DNA of 64,000 nt from Myxococcota bacterium (GTDB taxonomy: Bacteria; Myxococcota_A; UBA796; UBA2385). The stretch is from positions 235,524 to 299,523 of the forward strand of contig JBIJDH010000006.1 in the NCBI GenBank assembly GCA_044344255.1, in the 5' to 3' direction. Below the pieces are notes generated by a model that saw only the letters and a program-made list of their open reading frames with translations, had not been told where the DNA came from and searched no databases. A program made the position numbers and the translations under genes. This document shows positions 46,088 through 56,485 of this stretch, piece by piece. How positions within the stretch are numbered: position 1 is the stretch's first letter; the number at the start of each line of letters is the position of its first letter.

Positions 46088-48246
46088 GCGCCCTCGGCGG
46101 GGTCGGTGTGTCGGGCGGCCGGGGCGAGCGGGGCGGGCTGCGCGGGCGGTGGAGCGCCCGGGATCGGGTGTTGCTGCCGCTGCTGCTCACCGGCTTCGGC
46201 GCCTGCCTCGTGTCGGGCCTCGTGCCGGCCTTGATCGGCGTGGTCGGCGCCTGGGGGGTGGTCGTCGGGCGGCTCCGGCGGGGAGGTCACCTGAGCCCGA
46301 CCACCCTGTCCGCCTGGCGGAGCGCCAACCTCGTCGTCTTGGCGCTGTGCGTGCTCGGTGGGGTGCTCGGCGCCTCGCTGCTCGTCGTCGCCCTGGCCCT
46401 CGTCTCCTGGCTGCAGGTCCACCGCGCCTGGACCGGCCGACGGGCCGTGGACGACCGCGTCGCCTTGCTGCTCACGTTGTTGCTGCTCCTGCTCGCCTGT
46501 GTGTTCTCTCTCTCCCCCCTCCTCGCGCCGCTCTTCGCCCTCTGGTGTCTCCTCACCCCGCTCGCCCTGCTCCAGATCACGCTCGCGGCCGAGCTCGAGG
46601 CGGAGCACGCCGGGGCCCCCCCGACCGGCGGGCTGGAGCAGGCGGCTCCGCGCTGGCTGGCCCCCGCCTCAGTGGGGCTGACGGTCGCCTTCTTCTTCGC
46701 GATGCCCCGCCTGGAGAGCGGCGCGGGGATCCAGGGTGGCGCCGCCCTGGTGGGCTTCAACGAGGACGTGGTGCTGGGCGATCTGAGCCGCATCCAGGAC
46801 AACCCGGACGTGGTGCTGCGGGTGCGACTGGCGCCGCGACCCGACGGTGAGCGCCCCGGAGATCCCGCCGCGGCGGCCCCGCCCGAGGCCCTCGCCGCGC
46901 CGCAGTATTACCGAGGCATGGTGCTCGATCACTTTGACGGGCAGCGGTGGTCAAACGAGCTCGGCGGCCGGATGCGGAGGGTCAACGCCCTCGACGCGGC
47001 GGGCGCCCCGCTGCCCGGTGAGCTCTGGCAGGAGATCTCCCTCGAGCCGCTCACCGAGGGCGTGCTCCTCGGCATTGACCGGGTGCTTGGCATCGGCGGG
47101 CTCGAGGGGCGGCTCACCGAGGACCTCGACGGCACCTGGCGCTTCGAGGGGGAGGACCGCGGGCTCGCCTACCGGGTGCGCAGCCTGCCGCCGCTCCGGG
47201 AGGAGGCCGTTGACTTCGATGAGGCGGCGGCGATCGAGGCCTCGCCCCACGCGGAGGAGCGAGCGGCCCTGCGGTCGGGGGTCTGGCGCACCCTTCCACC
47301 GGACCTTGACCCCCGCATCCCGCCGCTGGCCCACGAGATCGTCGCTGGGGTTGGCCCCGAGGCCAGCCCCTTCGAGAAGGCCGTGGCCATCGAGTCCTGG
47401 CTCCGCGAACGGTACGCCTACACCACCACGCCGGAGCCGGTCCCGGGTGAGGAGGCGCTGACCCACTTCCTCTTCGAGCAGCGGCGCGGACATTGTGAGT
47501 ACTTCGCGACGGCGCTGGCGGTGCTCCTGCGCGTCGAGGGCGTGCAGACCCGCCTCGTCAACGGCCTCTACGGTGGCGAGTGGAACGAGTGGGGGGGCTA
47601 CACCGTGCTCCGCCAGCGGGACGCCCACACTTGGGTGGAGGCCTGGATGGGGCCCGCCGGCTGGATGCGCTTCGACGCCACCCCCGCCTCGGAGGCCGCG
47701 CCGCCCACCTCGGCGCTGGTCGCGCTCGTCGAGTGGGCCGGCGCGAAGTGGAAGGGGCTCATCCTCGACTACAACCTCGACGTCCAGGTCGGGATGTCGG
47801 AGGCCGCGCTCACCCGACTCCGCTGGCTGCGCCTCCCGGACGGGGGGGCGGCGGTCGAGCTCCTCCCCGAGTGGAGCCCCGTCCTGCTCGGGGTGGTGCT
47901 GCTCTTCGGCTTCGTCCTCGGCGGCTCGCGGCTCTGGTTGCGGGTGGTGGGCGGCGCCTCCAGGGCCCGCGCCGCGCCGACGGGGCGGGTCGCTCGCGCC
48001 CTGGACCAGGGCCTCCGACTCGCCCGCAGCCGGGGTTGGGCCGTCCCACCCTGCCTGCCCCCCGTGGAGGCGGCGCGCTGGCTCGCCGAGCAGGTGGGCG
48101 CGGAGGCCGGCCCGATGCACGATCTCGCCTGGCTGCACTACCGGGTCCGCTACGGCGGTGAGCCCGACGAGGCCCACCGCGCCGAGGCCGAGCGCCTGCT
48201 CCGCTCGCTCGGCGGCCTGTCCCCGCGCCCTCCCCACTTGGGTTGA
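46084..48246 (+). CDS. membrane transglutaminase-like protein (TgpA/DUF3488 type)
   Basis: N-terminal TM segments, YYRGMVLDHFDG, GHCEYFA, AHTWVE, FDATP catalytic triad. Confidence 0.88.
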   Translation: MSALGGVGVSGGRGERGGLRGRWSARDRVLLPLLLTGFGACLVSGLVPALIGVVGAWGVVVGRLRRGGHLSPTTLSAWRSANLVVLALCVLGGVLGASLLVVALALVSWLQVHRAWTGRRAVDDRVALLLTLLLLLLACVFSLSPLLAPLFALWCLLTPLALLQITLAAELEAEHAGAPPTGGLEQAAPRWLAPASVGLTVAFFFAMPRLESGAGIQGGAALVGFNEDVVLGDLSRIQDNPDVVLRVRLAPRPDGERPGDPAAAAPPEALAAPQYYRGMVLDHFDGQRWSNELGGRMRRVNALDAAGAPLPGELWQEISLEPLTEGVLLGIDRVLGIGGLEGRLTEDLDGTWRFEGEDRGLAYRVRSLPPLREEAVDFDEAAAIEASPHAEERAALRSGVWRTLPPDLDPRIPPLAHEIVAGVGPEASPFEKAVAIESWLRERYAYTTTPEPVPGEEALTHFLFEQRRGHCEYFATALAVLLRVEGVQTRLVNGLYGGEWNEWGGYTVLRQRDAHTWVEAWMGPAGWMRFDATPASEAAPPTSALVALVEWAGAKWKGLILDYNLDVQVGMSEAALTRLRWLRLPDGGAAVELLPEWSPVLLGVVLLFGFVLGGSRLWLRVVGGASRARAAPTGRVARALDQGLRLARSRGWAVPPCLPPVEAARWLAEQVGAEAGPMHDLAWLHYRVRYGGEPDEAHRAEAERLLRSLGGLSPRPPHLG

Positions 48247-48317
48247 CGCTCCCCGGGCCCCGGGTTGACGCCCCCCGGCCCGCGCGGCAAGAGGTTCCCT
48301 CGAAGGATCTGAAGCCC

Positions 48318-50015
48318 ATGGACGCGGTCGCCCGTTCATCCATTGTCCCCCCATCCGATGGCTCGCCATCCGATGTCCCGTCGTGGGGGGCCCTGCCCGA
48401 CACGCTCGGCGCCGCCCTGCGTCGGATGGCCTTGACCGTCCCCGACGCCCCCGCCCTGCTCTCGGAGGCCCGTTGCCTCACCTGGGGAGAGGTTGATCGC
48501 GAGGTCGACCGCCTCGCCGGGCTGCTGCTCGAGGTCGGTGTCCGCCCGGGGGAGGCGATCGGCTTCCTCATCACCAAGCGGCCCGAGGTGGTCACCGGCT
48601 TCCTGGCGGCGGCGCGCATCGGCGCCATCATGGCCCCGATCAACTTCAAGATGGTGACCGAGCAGGTGCTCGATCAGCTCGAGACCGCGAGCATCCGCAC
48701 CCTCTTCGTCGAGGGCGCCTTTGACGGCCTGCTCCGCACGCTCCTGCCCGTCCTGCCCGATCCGGCCCGCATCATCTACGTGGACGGCCCGGGTCGCCAC
48801 GGCACCTCCCACAGTCAGCAGGCGCGGGGGGGGCCGCCGGTCGGGGAGTCGGTGGGCGCGCCGCTCCGCCTCGAGGGCGGCTTCGTCCCCTCGGCGGACA
48901 GCCCCTGCTACTACAACTACACCTCGGGCACGACCGGCCGGCCGAAGGGGGCCATCACCACCCATCGGATGATCCTCCACAACGCCGCCGTGACCATCGA
49001 GGGCCTGGGCTTCCGCCCCACCGACGTCTTCCTCGGTATGTTCTCTGTCTTCGCGCACCCTCACGAGCTCTTCCACCGCTCGCTGCTGGTGGGCGGGCCC
49101 TTCGTCATCCTCGACACCCTCTCGCCGCGCGTGGTGGCCGCCACCGTGGAGCGCTTCCGGGTGACCTGGATGATGGCGGTGCCGAGCTTCTACGAGATGA
49201 TGCTCGACTACGCCGCGCCGAGCCCGACGCACCCGAGGCCGGTCGTCGACCGTCTTCGGGGCGCGCACAAGAGCGGCGACACCTACGACCTCTCGAGCCT
49301 CCGCATCTTGGAGAGCGGTGGGGCCTTCGTGGGCAGCGACACGCTCGAGCGGATGGAGCAGAGCTTCGCTGGGGCCACCTTCCTGCCCGTCTGGGGCTGC
49401 ACAGAGGCCACCGGCGTCGCCCTGGCCAACGGCCCCGGGCCGGAGCGGCGCCCGGGGGCCACGGGCCGCCTCGTGCCCGGCCACCAGATGCGGGTCGTCG
49501 ATGATCACGGCCGGGACGTGCCCCCTGGCGAGGTGGGAGAGCTCCTCGTCTCGGGCCCGGGCATCGTAGACGGCTACGTCAACAACCCGGACGAGACCTC
49601 TGCCCTCTTCAAGGACGGCTGGTACTCCACCCGCGACCTCGTGCGCGCTGATGAGGCCGGCTTCGTCTGGTTCGTGGGCCGTCGTTCGGAGATGCTGAAG
49701 ATCGGCGGCATTCGGGTCTACCCCTTGGAGATCGAGAAGATCATCAAGGCCCACCCCGACGTGCGCGACGTGGTGGTGGTGCGGGCTGAGGAGCGGGTCC
49801 GGGGGGAGATCGCCCGCGCCGTGATCTCCACCGTGCCGGGCAGCCGCCTCGACTCCACCGCCGTCCAGCGCTACTGCCGCGAGCGGATGGCCGTCTACAA
49901 GGTGCCGCGCATCGTCGAATTCTGGCGGGAGGTGCCGAAGCTCCCGAATGGAAAGATCGACAAGGTGGCGGTCGTGGTGGTGCCGGCCGATCCCGACCGG
50001 GACGAGCGGACGTGA
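48318..50015 (+). CDS. class I adenylate-forming enzyme (acyl-CoA/ACP ligase)
   Basis: YTSGTTGRPKG, WGCTE, GELLVSGP, GRRSEMLKIGG, PKLPNGKIDK. Confidence 0.92.
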   Translation: MDAVARSSIVPPSDGSPSDVPSWGALPDTLGAALRRMALTVPDAPALLSEARCLTWGEVDREVDRLAGLLLEVGVRPGEAIGFLITKRPEVVTGFLAAARIGAIMAPINFKMVTEQVLDQLETASIRTLFVEGAFDGLLRTLLPVLPDPARIIYVDGPGRHGTSHSQQARGGPPVGESVGAPLRLEGGFVPSADSPCYYNYTSGTTGRPKGAITTHRMILHNAAVTIEGLGFRPTDVFLGMFSVFAHPHELFHRSLLVGGPFVILDTLSPRVVAATVERFRVTWMMAVPSFYEMMLDYAAPSPTHPRPVVDRLRGAHKSGDTYDLSSLRILESGGAFVGSDTLERMEQSFAGATFLPVWGCTEATGVALANGPGPERRPGATGRLVPGHQMRVVDDHGRDVPPGEVGELLVSGPGIVDGYVNNPDETSALFKDGWYSTRDLVRADEAGFVWFVGRRSEMLKIGGIRVYPLEIEKIIKAHPDVRDVVVVRAEERVRGEIARAVISTVPGSRLDSTAVQRYCRERMAVYKVPRIVEFWREVPKLPNGKIDKVAVVVVPADPDRDERT

Positions 50016-51106
50016 GCGGAGGGCTCGGGCCCTCCCCGCCGGAGAAGGGCCCCCGCAGGCGCTCCTTCCCGGTGAAGTTCCTCGTGAAAGACCTGGGCGG
50101 GCTCTTCCTCTATTATCCTGGACAGGCCCTGGCCGCGGCCGCCCCAGAGGCCCTCCTCCGCCCCCTGTCCGCCCTCGGCGGCGACCTCGTCCGCCGGATG
50201 GCCGAGGACGGTGCCGAGATGCACGAGGAGCTCCGCTTGCTCTTCGGTGACCGTCCGCTGCCTCGCCCCGCCGCCGACATCGTGCGAGACGCCTATCGGG
50301 AGGCGATGTGGAATGAGGTGGGGGTGCTCCGCTACCCGGACATGAACCCCGAGACGATAGACCGGTACTGCCGCGTCGAGGGGCGGGAGCACCTTGACCG
50401 GGCGCTGGCGCGGAAGAAGGGCGCCATCGTGCTCATCGGGCACTTCGGCGCCAACCAGATGATCATGCCGGCCCTCGGGCACAAGGGCTACCCGATGAGC
50501 CAGCTCTCGGCGCCGCCGCCGGTCTGGGCCGACATCCTCCGCGAGACCCGCACCACGCCGCTTTGGGAGCGCACCCTGGCCCGCCGGTGGGCCCTCGAGC
50601 AGCGGCTCCCGGTGCAGCACATCAACGTCTTCAAGTTCTTGCGGCCGGCCTTCGACTGCCTGTCCCGCGGTGAGGTGCTCGGCCTCGCCTTCGACGGCGG
50701 CGGCGGGTCGAGCTGGACCGAGGCGCGCCTCCTCGCCCGGACGGCCAACCTGTCCACCCAGCCCGTCCAGCTCTGGCGAAAGACGGGGGCGACGCTGCTC
50801 CCCACCGTCGTGCTGCGGAGCCCCGAAGAGGCCCGCCACCGCGTCGTCATCGGCGAGCCCGTGCCCTTCCCGACCGGCCACCGCGACCGGGGTGCCGAGA
50901 CCGCCGCTGCCATGCAGGCCATCGTCGATCGGTTCGCCGAGCACGTCGCGGCCCGCCCTGACCACTACCTCCAGTTCATGTTGATGCGAAGGCGGGTGAG
51001 GGGGACGGACGCCCGGCCCTTCTTTCAGGATTATCCGCCCCTCCCGGGCGGCCTCGATCCGCGGAGCGCCGAGAGACGGCTCAAAGAGGCGGGGATGAAG
51101 ACATGA
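50012..51106 (+). CDS. LpxL/HtrB-like lysophospholipid acyltransferase family protein
   Basis: VEGREHLDRAL..KGAIVLIGHFG, GLAFDG, RPDHYL. Confidence 0.75.
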   Translation: MSGGLGPSPPEKGPRRRSFPVKFLVKDLGGLFLYYPGQALAAAAPEALLRPLSALGGDLVRRMAEDGAEMHEELRLLFGDRPLPRPAADIVRDAYREAMWNEVGVLRYPDMNPETIDRYCRVEGREHLDRALARKKGAIVLIGHFGANQMIMPALGHKGYPMSQLSAPPPVWADILRETRTTPLWERTLARRWALEQRLPVQHINVFKFLRPAFDCLSRGEVLGLAFDGGGGSSWTEARLLARTANLSTQPVQLWRKTGATLLPTVVLRSPEEARHRVVIGEPVPFPTGHRDRGAETAAAMQAIVDRFAEHVAARPDHYLQFMLMRRRVRGTDARPFFQDYPPLPGGLDPRSAERRLKEAGMKT

Positions 51107-52935
51107 CCGAGCCGACTGACCGCGCGGACACCGACGGCCCCGCCGCGACCCCGGCGGGCCCCTCCAGCGCCGCCATCCTCGGCCTCTCCGCGGCCGTCGG
51201 CCTCGGGAGCGGGCTGCTCGAGGTCGGCCTGCGGAGCGATCCCCGCCTCGGCTACTCCCCGCAGGAGGTGGGCCTCTGGCTCTTCTTCGGCGCCGCCAGC
51301 TCGCTGCTCTTCGCGGTGGCGGTGGCGGCGATCCTGGTGGCGGTCGGGCGCCGCCCGCTCGGCCTGCTCCTCGGCGGGGTGGCCCTGCTGCACGCCGCGT
51401 TGGTCTGGCGCTTCGACCTCTACCTGAACGAGCGGCTCACCGAGCCCGTGGTCCTGGGGGGCCTCGCCGGGGTCGCCCTCCTCTGCCTCGGCGGCGGCGC
51501 CCTCATCGACCCTGCGCTGCAGCGCCTCGCCCGCGCGCGCCCCTGGGCGCTACCTGCGGTCTGCGCCCTGCTCGGCGGGCTCGGGCTCGGGCTCTCTTTC
51601 TTTCGACAGGCGGCGCCCCACGCCCCGGCCCGTGACGCGGACCACCCGAGCGTGCTCCTCATCACCCTGGACACCACCCGGCCGGACCACATCGGGGCCT
51701 ATGGCTCGCTCAACGACACGCCGAACATCGACCGCCTCGCCCGCCAGGGCACCCTCTTCACCGAGGCGGTGGCCACGGCGCCGCTCACCGAGCCCTCCCA
51801 CCTCGCCATCCTCACGGGCATCCCGCCCTATCGGTCGGGGGTCTTGTCCAACGGCACGCCGCTCGGGGAGCGGCCGGCCCTGCTCTCGCACAGCCTCTCC
51901 GCGGCCGGCTGGACCACCGCCGCCTTCGTCTCGGCCTTCCCCTTGCACGACCGCTACGGCTGGTCGCAGGGCTTCGACGTCTACGACGACGACTTTGGCG
52001 ACATCGCCGGCCTGCACCGCCTCTCGATCGTCAAGGCCTGGGATCAGGTCTTCGAGCCCGCTCACGCGCTGCGCGAGCGCCGGGGTGACCTCACCCTGAC
52101 CCGGGCCCGCCAGTGGCTGTCCGAGCACCATGAGGAGCGCTTCTTCCTCTGGGTGCACCTCTTCGATCCGCACGGCCCCTACGCCGCCCCCGGCTACGTG
52201 ACCGAGGCCCCCCGCGGCGGTGACCCCATCCCGCTCCCCGCCTATTGGCCCGCCGAATATCAGGGCATCAGCTCGACCCCCTGGTTCATCGACGCCTATC
52301 AAGCGGAGATCCGCTGGACGGATCGCCTCGTCGGCCAGCTCTTGGGAGACCTCCAGGAGGGCGGCGCGCTCGATGAGACCGTCGTGGTGCTCACCGCCGA
52401 TCATGGCGAGAGCCTGACCGAGCACGACTATTTCTTCGACCACGGGGACCAGCTCTATGACCCCTCCCTGCTGGTACCTTTGCTCGTGCGCTATCCGCCG
52501 CTCGTCCAGGCGGGCAGCCGCGTGAAGTGCCCGGTCTCGAATATGGACATCACGCCCACGCTGCTCGATCTGCTCGGCCTGCCGGCCGGGCCGCCCCGGG
52601 ACGGTCAGTCGCTGAAGGTGGCCCTCTCCGGGGGCCCTTGTGTGGAGACCCCGGTGCTCGCGACCACCGTCGCGGGTCGATACACAGAGTCCCCGCCGAT
52701 CGACCGTGCGCTCCGGGCCTCGCGACAGAAGATCATCCGCCGGGGCAAGTCCGGAGAGCCCGACGTCTGCTTCGACCTCGCCCGCGATCCTTTCGAGCTG
52801 GCGCCGCTCGCCGCCTGCCCTCCGGGGCTCGGTGACCAGCTCGGCGCCCTGTTGCACGGCGCCGGGGAGGCAGTCGCGCCCGCCGGTGACGCCGCCACCG
52901 AGCAGCAGCTCAAGGCCCTGGGCTACGTCGAATGA
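51103..52935 (+). CDS. membrane-anchored sulfatase-like (alkaline phosphatase superfamily) protein
   Basis: N-terminal TM segments, LITLDTTRPD, PLTEPSH.AILTG, WVHLFDPH.PY, TADHGE, LKALGY. Confidence 0.85.
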   Translation: MTEPTDRADTDGPAATPAGPSSAAILGLSAAVGLGSGLLEVGLRSDPRLGYSPQEVGLWLFFGAASSLLFAVAVAAILVAVGRRPLGLLLGGVALLHAALVWRFDLYLNERLTEPVVLGGLAGVALLCLGGGALIDPALQRLARARPWALPAVCALLGGLGLGLSFFRQAAPHAPARDADHPSVLLITLDTTRPDHIGAYGSLNDTPNIDRLARQGTLFTEAVATAPLTEPSHLAILTGIPPYRSGVLSNGTPLGERPALLSHSLSAAGWTTAAFVSAFPLHDRYGWSQGFDVYDDDFGDIAGLHRLSIVKAWDQVFEPAHALRERRGDLTLTRARQWLSEHHEERFFLWVHLFDPHGPYAAPGYVTEAPRGGDPIPLPAYWPAEYQGISSTPWFIDAYQAEIRWTDRLVGQLLGDLQEGGALDETVVVLTADHGESLTEHDYFFDHGDQLYDPSLLVPLLVRYPPLVQAGSRVKCPVSNMDITPTLLDLLGLPAGPPRDGQSLKVALSGGPCVETPVLATTVAGRYTESPPIDRALRASRQKIIRRGKSGEPDVCFDLARDPFELAPLAACPPGLGDQLGALLHGAGEAVAPAGDAATEQQLKALGYVE

Positions 52936-54836
52936 GGGCGCCGGCCGGGCGCGGGTCGGTCGGGGCGGCCCTCGGCCTCGGCCTGTTCATGGGCGCCGTC
53001 GAGCTCTGCGCGGTGGCGGCCCGAGGGCGCCTCGATTTTTCAGTCGGCGGTGCGCTCGGCCTCCTGACCCTGTCGCTCGGCCAGGGGGCGCTGCTGGGGC
53101 TCCTCTTTGGCCTGCCGGTCGAGCTGGTCGCCCGAGCCTTCAGCCGCGGTGATGCCATGGGGAGGGGGGTCCTGCGGATCGGCGGGCTCGTCTTCACGCT
53201 GACCCTCTGGCTGTGCGCCTTTGAGCTCCAATCCGCGCGGGCCCTCGGCCTGCTGCGCGCCCAGGCCCTCTTCCTGGCCCTGCCGCTCGTCTTGTCGCTC
53301 GTGGCGATGTTGCAGGCCCGCGCCTTCCTGCGGGCGGCGGCGACGGGTCGGGTGCGGGTGGGCTTGCTGCCGGTGGCCAGCGGGGCGGCCCTGCTGCTCG
53401 GCCTGGGCGGCGTGCTGGCCCTGCTGCGGCCGCCCTCGTCGGCCGCGGCTGCGTCGGGGGAGACGGCGGGAGACGCCGCGCGGCCGCCGGTGCTCTTCAT
53501 CACCGTCGACACGCTGCGCCGCGACCACGTCGGCGCCTTCGGGCCGAGCCCGGCGCCGACGCCGGCCCTCGACGCGCTGGCGCGCACCGGCGTTCGCTTC
53601 GAGGACGCCATCAGCCCGCTGCCGGAGACCCTCCCCGCGCACGCCGCCCTCTTCACGGGCCGTCACCCGGCGCGGATCGGGGTCCTGTCGAACGCCCATG
53701 GCCTCTCTCCCGGGGCCCTCACGCTGGCCGAGGTCCTGTCCCAAGAGGGCTATCAGACGGCGGCCTTCGTCTCCTCGGCGGCGGTCACCGGGCGGACGGG
53801 CATCGACCAGGGCTTTCAACGCTTCGACGACGACTTCTTCCCCTACGTGCGCGGGGCGACCGCCCTCCGCTCGGTCCAGCTCCTCTCCCGCCTCGTGATG
53901 CGGCTCGCGGACCCCACCGACTTCCCCTCCCTGCTCGAGCGGCCCGCCCCGGTGACCCTCTCCCGCGCCGAGCGGTGGATCGTGGCGCAGGGTGAGGCGC
54001 CGTGGTTCGCCTGGGTCCACCTCTTCGAGCCCCACTCCCCTTACGAGCCCCACGGGCTGCCCGGCTTCGAAGACAACGGCACGCCCGAGTCGCCGGCCTT
54101 GCTCCATCGAGACATCCTGTCGAATGAGGATGGTTTTTCTTATACCCCGGAGGTCGAGGCCCGCCTCCAGAGGCTCTACGCCGAGGAGGTCGCCTACACG
54201 GACGGCGAGCTCGGCCGCTTCGTCGCCTCGATCCAGGCCCTCCCCGGCCCGGCCCCGATCCTCGTCTTCGTGGCGGACCACGGCGAGATGCTGGGCGAGC
54301 ACGACATTCACTTCAACCACCACGGCATCTACGATGAGGTCGTGCGGGTGCCGCTCTTCATCGTGCTGCCGGGCGACCCCCGCGCCGGCCGGGTGGTCGA
54401 CCGTCAGACCCGCCTGATGGACGTGCCGGCGATGCTACTATCCTTGTTAAAGCTCCCGAAGATGGAGTCCAGCGAAGGGCAGAACCTCCTCCCGAGCCCA
54501 GACCCTGCCGCGGCACCTCACCCCGGCCTCGGCAGCCTCCTGCTCGGGCGGAAGGGGATGAGCTTCTCCGAGGGCACCCTCACCGGATACCGGGCCCCGC
54601 AGTCGGGGGTGGCGGGCTGCATGAAGCTCGTGCTCGACCAGGACAGCGGCGCCGCCTCGGTCTTCGACCTTCGCACCGATCCCGGCGAACAGACGGACAA
54701 GGCGGCCACCTACCCCGCGACCGCGACGCTGCGCGCCCAGGTCGAGCGGGAGACCCGAGACCTGCGGGCCGCCGGTGCCACCGCAGGCGGAGGAGGGGAC
54801 ACAGAGGCCCTCAAGGCGCTCGGCTACCTCGAGTAG
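52932..54836 (+). CDS. membrane-anchored sulfatase-like (alkaline phosphatase superfamily) protein
   Basis: N-terminal TM segments, FITVDTLRRD, PETLPAH.ALFTG, WVHLFEPH.PY, VADHGE, LKALGY. Confidence 0.85.
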   Translation: MRAPAGRGSVGAALGLGLFMGAVELCAVAARGRLDFSVGGALGLLTLSLGQGALLGLLFGLPVELVARAFSRGDAMGRGVLRIGGLVFTLTLWLCAFELQSARALGLLRAQALFLALPLVLSLVAMLQARAFLRAAATGRVRVGLLPVASGAALLLGLGGVLALLRPPSSAAAASGETAGDAARPPVLFITVDTLRRDHVGAFGPSPAPTPALDALARTGVRFEDAISPLPETLPAHAALFTGRHPARIGVLSNAHGLSPGALTLAEVLSQEGYQTAAFVSSAAVTGRTGIDQGFQRFDDDFFPYVRGATALRSVQLLSRLVMRLADPTDFPSLLERPAPVTLSRAERWIVAQGEAPWFAWVHLFEPHSPYEPHGLPGFEDNGTPESPALLHRDILSNEDGFSYTPEVEARLQRLYAEEVAYTDGELGRFVASIQALPGPAPILVFVADHGEMLGEHDIHFNHHGIYDEVVRVPLFIVLPGDPRAGRVVDRQTRLMDVPAMLLSLLKLPKMESSEGQNLLPSPDPAAAPHPGLGSLLLGRKGMSFSEGTLTGYRAPQSGVAGCMKLVLDQDSGAASVFDLRTDPGEQTDKAATYPATATLRAQVERETRDLRAAGATAGGGGDTEALKALGYLE

Positions 54837-54958
54837 GCGCGGTCGGGGCACGGGTCCGGCGCCGGGGCTCCCGGATCGAGGACTCCGATCAGAGATGGAC
54901 GGTGGGCTCGGCCTCGCGGCTGGGATATCCCGGTGGGCCTTTGTCTTGGAGTCCACCG

Positions 54959-56452
54959 ATGTTGTCCCGCCAGCAGAGCCCGGAGAGAGCCCCCACATCC
55001 CAGCAGGTTGAACCCGGACAGGGCGGGGCCCGCGCAGGTGGCCGGTCGGGTGGAGGCCGAGGCGCCTCCAACAGCGACATACAGGCACGTTTGAAGGCCC
55101 GCACCGGCGACGTGCCCGGCGAGGGCGGCGGCAAGGAGGCAGACGGACGGAGCAATGGCCCCGCGCCCGCCTCCGAGCGCCCCTCGAACCAGAGCCTCCC
55201 CGGTGGCGGTGGCGCGGGCGGCGCCGGCGGCGCGGCCGCGGGCGGCGGTGCTCCTGCGGGCCCCGCGGTGGGGCCAGCGGTCGCCCCTGTGGCGGGCGGC
55301 GCGGGCGGCGGCGCGGCGGGTGGCGGCGCGGCCCCAGCGGCGGTGGGCTTTGAGTACCAGGCGGGCCCCGCCTTCCACATGGAGACCGAGATCCCCTGGC
55401 AGGCCAGCTTCCAAGCCTCGGCGCGGGAGAACATCATCTTCAACGTGGAGTATACGGACATCGACCGGCGGCGCGCCGCGGGCGGCCCCTGGGAGGACGT
55501 GCCGGGAGAGGGCCCCTACGAGATCCGCTTCGAGGCCACCGATCTCCACTTCGACACCCTCGACACCGGCCTCTCCGCCAAGGTCTTCACCGGCCTCAGC
55601 ACCGGCAACGTCTACGGGTACATCGACAGCGCCTGGGCCGGCTCCTCGCCGGTGACCGTCGATCTCACCGTGCGCGACCTCGCGCCCAACAAGTCGGCGC
55701 CAGACACCGGCTCGACCAAGGACGTGGACTACACCCACACCTGGACGATCACGCCGCGGGCCAACCCGGCGCCCACCGCGATGACCGAGACCTCGGGCAC
55801 CGAGGGGCGGGACATGGCGGGCCCGGCCACCTACGCCTACCAGCTCAACCCGGAGCTCACGCCGCCCGGGCGCCCCTGCTACGAGCACCAGAGCGTGCTC
55901 GAGACCTTCTCCTCCGTGCTCGCCACCTTCACGATGGCCGACCTTGACCCCGCCTGGCGGGCGGCGAACCCGGGGCTCACGAGCCCCGACGCCGTCGCCC
56001 AGCACCTCTGGGGCTCGAGCAACAACGGCACCTTCGTGGTCGACGCCACCGACCAGATCTACGATCAGCACAGCGGCTTCGGCGACACCACCGCATTTAC
56101 GGCCGCGGCCCTGGCGCGGGGCATCGGCTACATCTTGCCGCAGCAGTACCGAATCGACGGCAAGGTGGTCGGGCAGTACCTCATCCACCGCACGATGCGG
56201 GGCGGCGCGCTGATGATCAACAAGAGCCCCGGCGCCCCGGGGCGGAGCGCGGGCGGCGGCGGCCCCGCCCCCACCGCCCCCTTCAAGAGCACCGTGTCTG
56301 TCGTACGCGGCGACACGCTCTCCGGCATCGCCCAGCGTGAGCTCGGGGACAGCCGGCGGTGGCGCGAGATCTACCGCCTGAACGAGACGACGATCGGGGC
56401 CAACCCGAACCTCATCTTCCCCGGGCAGGTGCTCCAGCTCCCGCAGCCATGA
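54959..56452 (+). CDS. C-terminal LysM domain protein with Gly-rich N-terminus
   Basis: VVRGDTLSGIA..ELGD..RWREIY.LN...IGANPNLIFPGQVL. Confidence 0.8.
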   Translation: MLSRQQSPERAPTSQQVEPGQGGARAGGRSGGGRGASNSDIQARLKARTGDVPGEGGGKEADGRSNGPAPASERPSNQSLPGGGGAGGAGGAAAGGGAPAGPAVGPAVAPVAGGAGGGAAGGGAAPAAVGFEYQAGPAFHMETEIPWQASFQASARENIIFNVEYTDIDRRRAAGGPWEDVPGEGPYEIRFEATDLHFDTLDTGLSAKVFTGLSTGNVYGYIDSAWAGSSPVTVDLTVRDLAPNKSAPDTGSTKDVDYTHTWTITPRANPAPTAMTETSGTEGRDMAGPATYAYQLNPELTPPGRPCYEHQSVLETFSSVLATFTMADLDPAWRAANPGLTSPDAVAQHLWGSSNNGTFVVDATDQIYDQHSGFGDTTAFTAAALARGIGYILPQQYRIDGKVVGQYLIHRTMRGGALMINKSPGAPGRSAGGGGPAPTAPFKSTVSVVRGDTLSGIAQRELGDSRRWREIYRLNETTIGANPNLIFPGQVLQLPQP

Positions 56453-56485
56453 CCCACACAGCCATGACCCCACAGCCATGACCCC
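56444..56485. repeat. 14-15-bp tandem repeat x3 at a gene junction
   Basis: CAGCCATGACCC(A/C)CA units at 56444, 56459 and 56473. Confidence 0.8.
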
